Shown here piece by piece: positions 49,570-60,000 of a DNA stretch of 60,000 nt. The stretch is from Mobula hypostoma (lineage: Eukaryota), in NCBI RefSeq assembly GCF_963921235.1, contig NC_086109.1, forward strand, positions 2,358,001 to 2,418,000, given 5' to 3'. The stretch's first letter is position 1; the number at the start of each line of letters is the position of its first letter. A model generated the notes under the pieces. It worked only from the letters and a program-made list of their open reading frames with translations. It had not been told where the DNA came from and searched no databases. The position numbers were made by a program, and so were the translations under genes.

Positions 49570-50385
49570 AGGCGGAGCTTAGGAAGACGATTGCGCCTAA
49601 CCGCGACTCCTTTGCTTGCATTGACAGAAACAGTTCTATTTCTATCTTTAATATCTCTATTTTCCCCTTCCAGGGTTATTTTGAAGACCCTGACCTCTTG
49701 AGGAAATGGGACGCGCTCTCGGGGTCTCACGACTGGCCGCTATTCGATATGTCAACGACGCGGCCTAGAAGACTAGCGCGCCTTCCGGGATTTGGTGGCC
49801 CCAGGAAGCGAGCGGATACGAGGTCGGTGCTGTCGCAGACAACTGGTGTGTCGTGGGAGACGGAAGATCGAAAGCAGTGAAAGCGGCGAACTGCTTTCCG
49901 GCTGTATGTGCGGAGACCCGAGTTCTTTGAGCACAGAGCTCGGAAGAAGCGGTACAACAGACTTTTTAACGCCATAAATCAGCGAGTTGTTTTTTTACGT
50001 CTCCCCTCTTGCTGTGAAATGAGGACACCTCTTTTTCTTTTAGGGAGAAAGAGAGGGAGAGAAAGAGCATGTGGTATGTCGAGTTATCGGATGAACGAGT
50101 AGCCTTTGGGTACTACAAATCTATATCTTTATTGGTGCCTTGTTGCACGCTTGAGTGCTCAGTGGGATTGCCGTTGTTTTTTTGCTGGTGGGGGGACTGT
50201 TGCCTTGTTTCTGCTTATGCGTAAGAGAGGGGAGCTGAGGGGGCTTTGGGGTTCTAACATTTAATTGTCATTTATTCTTTGGGGCACTTCTCTGTTTTCG
50301 TGGATGTTTGCGAAGATAAAGAGTGTCAGGATGTATATTGTACACATTTCTCTGACTTTAAATGTACCTATTGAAACCTATTGCA
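49570..50385 (+). repeat. Unclassified non-coding interspersed repeat, probably a non-autonomous retroposon
   Basis: GC/CpG-rich head, T-rich body and a short tandem tail acctattgaaacctattg; no coding homology recognised. Confidence 0.35.
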
Positions 50386-50464
50386 TTTTGTCGGAGGGGC
50401 GAGCATTCTTTGCAAAATAAATAAATGCGATAGGACTTTACAAAAACTATACATAACAAACATA

Positions 50465-50597
50465 CAGTGTCATGCAAAAGTTTGGGCACCGCTGGTCGAA
50501 ATTTCTATTACTGCGAATTACTAAATGAGTAAAAGATGAACTGATTTCCAAAAGGCATGAAGTTAAAGATGACACATTTCTTTAATATTTTAAGCAA
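50465..50597 (+). mobile_element. Tc1-type transposon left end (second family)
   Basis: TA|CAGTGTCATGCAAAAGTTTGGGCACC, a typical Tc1 TIR start. Confidence 0.7.
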
Positions 50598-51397
50598 GAA
50601 AATGGCCGATGGAGTTTAATACAGACAAGTGTGAGGTATTGCACGTTGGAAGGACAAACCAAGGTAGACCATACCGGGTTAATGGTAAGGCACTGAGGAG
50701 TGCAGTGGAACAGAGGGATCTGGGAATACAGATACAAAATTCCCTAAAAGTGGTGTCACAGGTAGATAGGGTTGTAAAGAGAGCTTTTGGTACATTGGCC
50801 TTTATTAATCAAAGTATTGAGTATAAGAGCTGGAATGTTATGATGAGGTTGTATAAGGCATTGGTGAGGCCGAATCTGGAGTATTGTGTTCAGTTTTGGT
50901 CACCAAATTACAGGGAGGATATAAATAAGGTTGAAAGAGTGCAGAGAAGGTTTACAAGGATGTTGCCGGGACTTGAGAGACTCAGTTACAGAGAAAAGTT
51001 GAATAGGTTTGCATTTTATTCCCTGGAGCATAGAAGAATGAGGGGAGATTTGATAGAGGTATATAAAATTATGACGGGTATAGACAGAATGAATGCAAGC
51101 AGGCTTTTTCCACTGAGGGAAGGGGAGAAAAAAATCAGAGGACATGGGTTAAGGGTGAGGGGGGAAAAGTTTAAAGGGAACATTGGGGGGGGAGCTTCTT
51201 CACAGAGAGTGGTGGGAGTATGGAATAAGCTGCCAGACGAGGTGGTAAATGTGGGTTTTCTTTTAACATTTAAGAATAAATTGGACAGATACATGGATGG
51301 AAGATGTATGGAGGGATATGGTCCGTGTGCAGGTCAGTGGGAAGAGGCAGAAAATGGTTCGGCCCGTTTCTGTGCTGTAGTTTTTCTATGGTTTCTT
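50598..51397 (+). mobile_element. CR1 family F 3' portion
   Basis: MEFNTDKCEVLH...RPNLEYCVQFWSP...RMRGDLIEVYKIM. Confidence 0.9.
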
Positions 51398-51695
51398 TTC
51401 GTTCATTCGAATAACCAATTCCCAATTCACGTCGTTACATTGCTGCCAATTCTACGAGCTCCAGGTTGTTGACCAATATCACGTAAAAGGCTTACTGAAA
51501 GCCTTCTGAGAATTTCAACACCACCGCAAATTCACTGGGTTCCATTTGACAAGCCACATCCTAACGAAGTTCAATTGGCGATTCAAGCAAAAACGTATTT
51601 TCCTAATTAAATTCCGCTCAATCCTATTTCACAGCAGTTGTGTTTTTCATTCTTATGGTCGTTTTATCAATTCCACTTCTTACGCAAAGCTAGCA

Positions 51696-51795
51696 AGTCC
51701 TGATGAAGGGTCTCGGCCTGAAACGCCGGCTGTTTTCCATGGATGCTGCCTGGCCTGCTGATTACCTCCAGTATTTTCTGTGTGTCAGCAATTTC
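51696..51795 (+). mobile_element. PLE terminal-repeat fragment with a hammerhead motif, cleavage triplet mutated
   Basis: AGTC-CTGATGA-AGGGTCTCGGCCT-GAAAC-GCC-GGCT (GTC>GCC). Confidence 0.75.
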
Positions 51796-51865
51796 AGTGA
51801 CCCGTCAGTTGTTTCTATTGTTTTATCCGCCTGTCGTTATCAATGTGGAAAAACACCAGCTAATA

Positions 51866-52131
51866 TAGATAGATAGACAGATAGATAGATACGTACTTTA
51901 TTAATCCCGAGGGAAATTTGGTTTCGTTACAGCCGCACCAACCAAGAATAGAGCGTAAATATAGCAATACAAAAACCACAAACAATCAAACAACAAAATG
52001 CAAACTATGCCAGATGGAAAATAAGTCCAGGACCAGTCTATTGGCTGAGGGTGTCTGACTCTCCACGGGAGGTGCTGCAAGTTCGATGGCCACAGGCAGG
52101 AACGACCTCCCGTGCCGCCCAGTGTTGTATC
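51866..52131 (-). mobile_element. Rex1/Babar 3' end related to 41114-42361, with a (TATC)n tail
   Basis: Reverse complement matches about 42100-42330. Confidence 0.85.
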
Positions 52132-52243
52132 ACATGTTACTTAATGATCCTGTTTGCTGTTAACTGGTTTGTAGACCGGATATTGAACTGTTTGCTGTTG
52201 GGCTCTGGCCATATTCCACGGAGATACAACACTGGACAACAAT

Positions 52244-54620
52244 AACTAGAGACCAGGCTATTCTGGACTGGGTTTTGAGCAATGAGGAAGGGTTAATTAG
52301 CAATCTTGTCGTGAGAGGCCCCTTGGGTAAGAGTGACCATAATATGGTGGAATTCTTGATTAAGATGGACAGTGACATAGTTAATTCAGAAACAAAGGTT
52401 CTGAACTTAAAGAGGGGTAACTTTGAAGGTATGAGACGTGAATTAGCTAAGATAGACTGGCAAATGACACTTAAAGGATTGACGGTGGATATGCAACGGC
52501 AAGCATTTAAAGGTTGCATGGATGAACTACAACAATTGTTCATCCCAGTTTGGCCAAAGAATAAATCAAGGAAGGTAGTGCACCCGTGGCTGACAAGAGA
52601 AATTAGGGATAGTATCAATTCCAAAGAAGAAGCATACAAATTAGCCAGAGAAAGTGACTCACCTGAGGACTGGGAGAAATTCAGAGTTCAGCAGAGGAGG
52701 GCAAAGGGCTTAATTAGGAAGGGGAAAAAAGATTATGAGAGAAAACTGGCAGGGAACATAAAAACGGACTGTAAAAGCTTTTATAGATATGTAAAAAGGA
52801 AAAGACTGGTAAAGACAAATGTAGGTCCCCTGCAGACAGAAACAGGTGAATTGATTATGGGGAGCAAGGACATGGCAGACCAATTGAATAATTACTTTGG
52901 TTCTGTCTTCACTAAGGAGGACATAAGTAATCTTCCAGAAATAGTAAGGGACAGAGGGTACAGTGAGATGGAGGAACTGAGCGAAATACATGTTAGTACG
53001 GAAGTAGTGTTAGGTAAATTGAAGGGATTGAAGGCAGATAAATCCCCAGGGCCAGATGGTCTGCATCCTAGAGTGCTTAAGGAAGTAGCCCAAGAAATAG
53101 TGGATGCATTGGTGATAATTTTTCAAAACTCGTTAGATTCTGGACTAGTTCCTGAGGATTGGAGGGTGGCTAATTTTACCCCACTTTTTAAAAAAGGAGG
53201 GAGAGAGAAACCGGGGAATTATAGGCCGGTTAGCCTAACGTCGGTGGTGGGGAAACTGCTGTAGTCAGTTATCAAGGATGTGATAACAGCACATTTGGAA
53301 AGCGGTGAAATGATCGGACAAAGTCAGCATGGATTTGTGAAAGGAAAATCATGTCTGACGAACCTCATAGAATTTTTTGAGGATATAACCAGTAGAGTGG
53401 ATAGGGGAGAACCAGTGGATGTGGTATATTTGGATTTTCAAAAGGCTTTTGACAAGGTCCCACACAGGAGATTAGTGTGCAAACTTAAGGCACACGGTAT
53501 TGCGGGTAAGGTATTGGTGTGGGTGGAGAATTGGTTAGCAGACAGGAAGCAAAGAGTGGGAATAAACGGGACCTTTTCAGAATGGCACGCGGTGACGAGT
53601 GGGGTACCGCAAGGCTCAGTGCTGGGACCCCAGTTGTTTACAATATATATTAATGACTTGGATGAGGGAATTAAATGCAGCATCTCCAAGTTTGCGGATG
53701 ACACGAAGCTGGGTGGCAGTGTTAGCTGTGAGGAGGATGCTAAGAGGATGCAGGGTGACTTGGATAGGTTGGGTGAGTGGGCAAATTCATGGCAGATGCA
53801 ATTTAATGTGGATAAATGTGAAGTTATCCACTTTGGTGGCAAAAATAGGAAAACAGATTATTATCTGAATGGTGGCCGATTAGGAAAAGGGGAGGTGCAA
53901 CGAGATCTGGGTGTCATTATACACCAGTCATTGAAAGTGGGCATGCAGGTACAGCAGGCGGTGAAAAAGGCAAATGGTATGCTGGCATTTATAGTGAGAG
54001 GATTCGAGTATAGGAGCAGGGAGGTACTACTGCAGTTGTACAAGGCCTTGGTGAGACCACACCTGGAGTATTGTGTGCAGTTTTGGTCCCCTAATCTGAG
54101 GAAAGACATCCTTGCCATAGAGGGAGTACAAAGAAGGTTCACCAGATTGATTCCTGGGATGGCAGGACTTTCATATGAAGAAAGACTGGATGAACTGGGC
54201 TTGTACTCGTTGGAATTTAGAAGATTGAGGGGGGATCTGATTGAAACGTATAAGATCCTAAAGGGATTGGACAGGCTAGATGCAGGAAGATTTTTCCCGA
54301 TGTTGGGGAAGTCCAGAACGAGGGGCCATGGTTTGAGGATAGAGGGGAAGCCTTTTAGGACCGAGATTAGGAAAAACTTCTTCACACAGAGAGTGGTGAA
54401 TCTATGGAATTCTCTGCCACAGGAAACAGTTGAGGCCAGTTCATTGGCTATATTTAAGAGGGAGTTAGATATGGCCCTTGTGGCTACGGGGGTCAGGGGG
54501 TATGGAGGGAAGGCTGGGGCGGGGTTCTGAGTTGGATGATCAGCCATGATCATACTGAATAGCGATGCAGGCTCGAGGGGCCGAATGGCCTACTCCTGCA
54601 CCTATTTTCTATGTTTCTAT
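52244..54620 (+). mobile_element. CR1 family A, 5'-truncated in the EN domain
   Basis: ORFs 52275-53264 and 53280-54530 separated by one GAG>TAG stop; KFADD. Confidence 0.95.
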
Positions 54621-55936
54621 ATATATGATTTATATTTATAATGTTTTTATGACGTTTTTCTCCGGTCGGTTACGGATGATATCTTTGGTCAAATTGTAAT
54701 TCCTCTTTGATGGAGGCACAAAATGGCCTCAATAGTACAGAGCGGCGATTGCACAGGGCGTTGGATAATCATTACAGCGATACGGCCCAAATGGAAACTG
54801 GATCGCTTTCTAAGGAGTCTGTGCTAATACAGGGCAGTAGTCCCCTCACCTCAGACTTTTTTTCTGGATTATACCCGCTTCATTTCCAATCCTCGGGAAG
54901 GATCTCGGTCGGCATATTCGACAATGTTCATAGATATTGGCTGTCGATCCGTACCGACCATCCCTAGGGGAGCTCGCTGCGTCCGTACATCACAGTAGAA
55001 GCCCAGCTGTGATCGGCTCCATTACTCCGCTTCGATTAAATTCGAGAACAAGAGCTAAATCGTCGAGGATGAGTGCAGGTGTTCAGCGCCGAGTGCTTGC
55101 GTGTGACCAGACTCGCTCTCTTTCCGATGCGACCATCACGTAACGGCAGGTTCCGGAGCAATTGTTGCCCTGCAGTCATCGGGTTCCTGGTCGGGCTTCA
55201 CTCGCCCCAGCGCTAAACAGGTCTCTGCAGCTCATGTTTCATGTGTTTTTGCACTTTTAAAAAAACTATTTAAGCCATTTGATCAAGGCCCTTCGGCTCT
55301 GAACTGCTGCTGCAGACGCGCTCCGCAATTAACTGCATTTGCCTCAGCGCTGAACTGGTTTCAAGACTGCGTACTCACTTTCGGGGACTCTGCAGTTCAT
55401 GTCTGTGTCTTATTTGCTAACATTATATTGTTTTCACGATTTATTCCTTTTCACACATTGGGTGATTGATGCTTTTCTTCTGTGGCGTCTTTCAATGGGT
55501 CCTAATTAGATTATTTGTTTTGTGGTTCCCTATAAGAAGATGAGTTTCAGGTTTGTATACAACATAAATATTTGGTAGTGCATCTACTTTAAGCTTTGAA
55601 TGTTGCCTGAATTCCTCCGGCATTATATTTGTTTTGCTCAAGATGTATAGCTTCTTTCCTACCTCTTGTGTTTATGGATATCGATTTGCAAAGGTTTTGA
55701 TTGAGATAGATATTTCATGGAATTCTTTTTTTTTCCCCTGAGACTTATATACCGGGAGATTGACAAAGAATTGAGCAAAATACATGTGGAAAGGAGTATT
55801 ATCTTTGTGGTCGAATACTCACGAGCAGTAACGCATGGACTTTCAAAAACACGATTATTTTTCAGCGGATGTCCGAATATTTAAAATGGTCTCAAATATG
55901 ATCTATTTTACCTGTTCTTATTTTCTCTACACACAG

Positions 55937-57069
55937 CAAATGTGGTGACGATTGTGATCCTATCTCGGCGGAAGTGCGGTGTTTCAAACTATGTCTCTTT
56001 ATACCCTTTGGCTATGGCCGCGGCTGACCTATACGTTATTTTTTTTTCGATCTGATACTCAGCCAAATTCCGATTCTGTATAGCAGGCAGTTTGCTTTCA
56101 TGTATTCCATCCCTCTGTGTAATATGCACGCCGTTCTTTATGCATCTACCGACTGTTCGGTTTGCTTCACCGTCGCTTTCACATTCGATCGAAATGTGGC
56201 TATCGGTTACTCGAAACTGAAAAGCAAATACTGCATTGCGAGAACGGCGGCCGTGGTTTTGGCAGCAGTGATTGTGTTGAGCTGTTTGAAGAATATTTTC
56301 TAGTATTTTATGCTGACGGGCCAATAACTTCTTCTGCAGGACCCTTGGTTCTGTCGTGAAAGGGAGGGAGTGCTGGATTCAACGACCTGGGGAGGAATTG
56401 AGATCCTTTATTATTTCCTCACGCCAGTGGTCCCATTTGAAAGTTGCTGGTGAACGCAGCAGGCCAGGCAGCATCTCTAGGAAGAGGTACAGTCGACGTT
56501 TCAGGCCGAGACCCTTCGAAGATCCTGACGAAGGGTCTCGGCCTGAAACGTCGACTGCACCTCTTCCGAAAGATGCTGCCTGGCCTGCTGCGTTCACCAG
56601 CAACTTTGATGTGTGTTGCTCGAATTTCCAGCATCTGCAGAATTCCTGTTGTTAGTGGTCCCATTTGTGTTGGTTCTGCTACTCAATGCTTCAATAATCC
56701 AACACGTTTTAGCAGCCAGCGCTGCCCGCGAGAGGCTCAAGATTATGAGATGTGGCGAGTGTCCTAAAGACCCAGAGATGGAGAGCCGAAGGAAATCCCT
56801 CATTTTCCTGCTGGTCATCTCGGGTAATTTCATATTCTTATGGGCGCTGTATACAGTGTATTATATTCGGTACAGATTATATTGTTTGAATTTGGTGTCT
56901 ACAAATCTAGCCACTTTCCGGCAAGAACTGGGCTTGATGCTGAAGATCCTGAGTTGCTGCACAAATCCTTTACGCCATGATGCAGAATAAGTTCAGCGAT
57001 CAGCTGAAAGCTGATCTGAAATCGGCGATGGCACTGATCGCAAAGTGCATCCAGTGTAAAAGAAGCTGA
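55937..57069 (+). pseudogene. GPR139-like GPCR pseudogene 3 (exon 2), divergent subfamily
   Basis: Acceptor ctctacacacAG (55936), phase 1, then ANVVTIVILSRRKCG; LAMAAADL, DCSVCFTVAFTFDRNVAI, DPEMESRRKS, CCTN. Lesions: stops at 56301 and 56325, poly-T frameshift near 56045, insertion 56440-56653. Confidence 0.9.
56440..56653. mobile_element. Palindromic non-autonomous PLE derivative with a hammerhead core
   Basis: 79-bp inverted arms 56440-56518 / 56529-56607, 10-nt loop and 46-nt tail; perfect 14-bp TSD agtggtcccatttg at 56426-56439 and 56654-56667. Confidence 0.92.
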
Positions 57070-58886
57070 GGAAACTTCGAGGATATCTCTCGTGACCCAT
57101 ATGACCGTCATAATTCATAAACAGGGTGTGAAAATGTTTCTCTAGTGAGGCTCCGTGCTGTCGCTGTGCCCCAAGGATTGTTCCATCATCTCCCCTCACG
57201 CTTCCTGCTCCGCTGCGACTCCACTGCAACCCCGATTTAATGAGATTAGGGCCGACTTTCACTTCAAATCCGCGGGCCACCTCAAAGTAAACACGCTCCT
57301 CCATCCGGTGCGCCAATTAGTGTAGAATAAAACATAATACAGTATAACATGCTTATACAAATAAAGATTTTCAACAGCGCTTCTCAGAACCATATGCTCT
57401 CTCCAGGGTATGCATCGAATTACTACTGAAGTAATAAACACGTGCGGTGTCTCAGAAATAAAAAAAATACTTTAAATCACGGACATTAAAGAGCAGATAG
57501 TTATTTGGTTCACATGTCTGGAAAACCAGAACAAATCCAATAAGTGACGCAGAAAAACCACTTTCTCAGAATCCAGAATCTCAGATCCATAAAACGATAG
57601 AAATTAACACAACAGACTAGTCCATAACAAAGATTCAAAGTACATTTATTAATAAAGAATGTGCGGGTCTGCATAACAGAATTCTGAGATTCGTCATTCC
57701 ACACGCAGACACGAAGCAAAGAAACAGTATGGAACCAGTTCACAGAAAACATCAAAAACCCACCGTGAAAAAAAAATTATACAAACGGGAAAAAGCGAGT
57801 GAACAACACATAGAATATCAAACATCAACCCGCAGTACAGGACTACTCAATTTGGTTCATTCAGTTCCCCGCCGCACAGCTAGCCGACTGCGGACCTCAA
57901 AGACACTCTTCCACGAAGTGCCCGATTAAAATGCTCATGAACATTTAAAAAAGAGAATAACCAGTGTCCGCAAGCACATGCACCATGTACTTCAAAGTCC
58001 CCCGAAATTTGTCCCCAGCGAGGAGCCTACGAGATCAGACCTTGCAAGGTAGAACCCAAGACTTCTGCACTTTCCTCGGACAGTAGCTAGGAAAAGGAAA
58101 TGATAAAATCTTAACTATAAAGAGACGAACATCGCACTATTATCCAAACTTTCAGAATGAAAATCGTATAAAGCATCTTATGTTTTCTCAGAATAATCTT
58201 CAGCCACAGGATTACAGATGACACGGGTCTTCAACATAAATCCATCAGAAAGCCTTTGAGAGCTGTGACTGCAATGACAATCTCTTTAGACAAACGGTCT
58301 TATCCTCCGAATTTACCGAGATTGACCAATTATTCAGCACATAAAGACCAGGAAATGCTTTGGAATTGCTTAATGTCATTGAACCACATAAACAAAGAAA
58401 CACCCTCAAACTAAGCCAGAACTTTAATCACATAAATGTCTTCAAATCTTCCAGCAATGCCTGGAAATGAACTATTGCAGCAGAGTGCAAAAACAAATCT
58501 CAGGATGGCAGAACACTCCAAAGCAGTTTTTCAAACTAGGCTTGTTAATCTAGTCCAAATTACACAATCCAAAATAAAACAATGCCAAATCTCAGATCCA
58601 GGAATACTGAAATGGTTTTCTGTCGTCAGGATAGCGAAGCATCTACCGTCCTCTTAATATTTCAAAGCTCTTTATCGTCTCGAATTATCCCATGAGCTTA
58701 CACCAATGAACTAGTTCAAAATACCAGACCAACTGAAATGAAAGAAACGTAGCTCAAATACTTCTCAGCCACGGAGGGCTCGTCCACTTATAATACCGGT
58801 GGAAGTCAGACACAGGAAAGGAGCAATCCCTCATTGGTCGTGTTCTATCACCTCCCCATGGGAACAAAGACATTGAGAAGACACCA

Positions 58887-60000
58887 TGAGGAAGTCGCAA
58901 TGGCGGGGGTTTGGGAACAAGGGCGGACCCAAATGCAGACATCTTGTGAGGTCAATTAAATTTAGTTTATTGTTCGATATCTGGAGAGCTAGGTAGGAGC
59001 AGGAGTAGCGAACTGGTCAAGGACTGAGGACTATGCCTAGACTGGGACCAAGGGTCTGGGCTAGAACTCGGAATCGGATCCCAGAACTAGAGGAGACATG
59101 AAGAGGCTAGGGTATGGACTCCGAGCCCGAGACTGGGCAAGGACCCAGTACCTGGGTCTTGCCTCGGGCTCGGACCCCAGAACCAGGCAAGGACGTGACA
59201 TGGGCTAGGGAGAGGAGGGACATGAAAACAGAGCCTCGACTCGGGAGAGCAGGTACATGGAACCATAGACACATACACAGAACAGAGAGCCGGGACCCCT
59301 CCTTGGGTACAGAACATAGGGGTGGGACTCACACACAGAACAGAGAGCCGGTACCCCTCCTTGGGTACAGGACATAGGGCCGGGACTCTTGAGCCTCCGC
59401 GGGGCAACGGCGAGACGGCCTGAGTTACCCCACGGAGGCGAGGACAAGACAAGACCAACACGAATGAACACCAGACAGTACTTATCGAGCTCCGGCGATG
59501 GAACTAGACTGAAGTGCAGGCGGGGGCTGTAGATGAGGGCTAGAGGCGAGAGGGGCAGAGAAGGGATTCACACAAGGGGGTAGGACAGGAATCACAGACC
59601 GCCAGGACTTGACTTAGAACTGGGAAGCCGCCAGGCACAGGACTTGACTTGCTGCTTGAATGCCCCCGGAGCCAGGACTTGACTTGAAGCCTCCGGGTAG
59701 TGGCGAGCTCTCGTTTCGGCCCGGGAACAGTAAACAGCGGTTCTTGATTCCCTCCGGCGGGTAAACCCACCTCGGTTAGGAAACATTGCAGGCTCGCTTT
59801 GGCGAGGTAACTGGACAGGGTTGCTCCGGTGAGGAGAGGCACTCGCTTCGGAAGAGACTAGGCTTGCTGCGGCCAGATGACACTGGCACGCCGTAGCTTT
59901 GATAACTTTGCAGACGCTCTCGCACCGAACGGCTGAAAGCCGGAGACTATAAACTACCGGTTCAGCCGAGTGTTAATTTCCTCTAATCACCAAAGTCGAG
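58887..60000 (-). mobile_element. Probable LTR of a Gypsy-like element, running off the window end
   Basis: Minus-strand AATAAA (58971-58966) about 80 nt before a CA end; TATA-like element near 59950; internal tandem repeats; no coding homology. Confidence 0.5.
59273..59388. repeat. Two-copy 58-bp tandem repeat
   Basis: acacagaacagagagccgg(g/t)acccctccttgggtacag(a/g)acataggg..gggactc, twice. Confidence 0.9.

Noticed and set aside
56440..56607. Long hairpin as a pre-miRNA or DNA-transposon MITE
   Set aside because: The arms match the PLE terminal repeat at 37699-37790; the asymmetric tail and 14-bp TSD indicate a retroelement origin
59273..59690. Repeats with spacing (58-bp pair; caggacttgactt three times) as a CRISPR-like array
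   Set aside because: Eukaryotic context, only 2-3 units and no cas genes; typical LTR-internal repeats

Overview
Repeat-dense eukaryotic DNA. The repeat content and receptor type suggest a vertebrate, probably a cartilaginous fish such as a ray (inference). Most of the window is nested retroelements: several CR1 LINE families (labelled A-F here, in-window labels only), Rex1/Babar, an L1 3' end, an RTE-like end, Penelope-like elements (PLEs), LTR relics, Tc1 relics, SINE fragments and microsatellites. The only host genes are three GPR139-like class A GPCR paralogs. One is an apparently intact two-exon gene on the minus strand (exon 1 36400-36331, exon 2 30000-29090, 326 aa), reconstructed from phase-matched splice sites; the other two are TE-disrupted pseudogenes (7966-8994 minus, 55937-57069 plus). 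The most notable non-coding signal is a PLE family carrying minimal type I hammerhead ribozyme motifs. It includes short fold-back derivatives that share an inverted-arm-plus-tail architecture and 13-14 bp TSDs. All family assignments come from motif recognition by eye; no database search was run.
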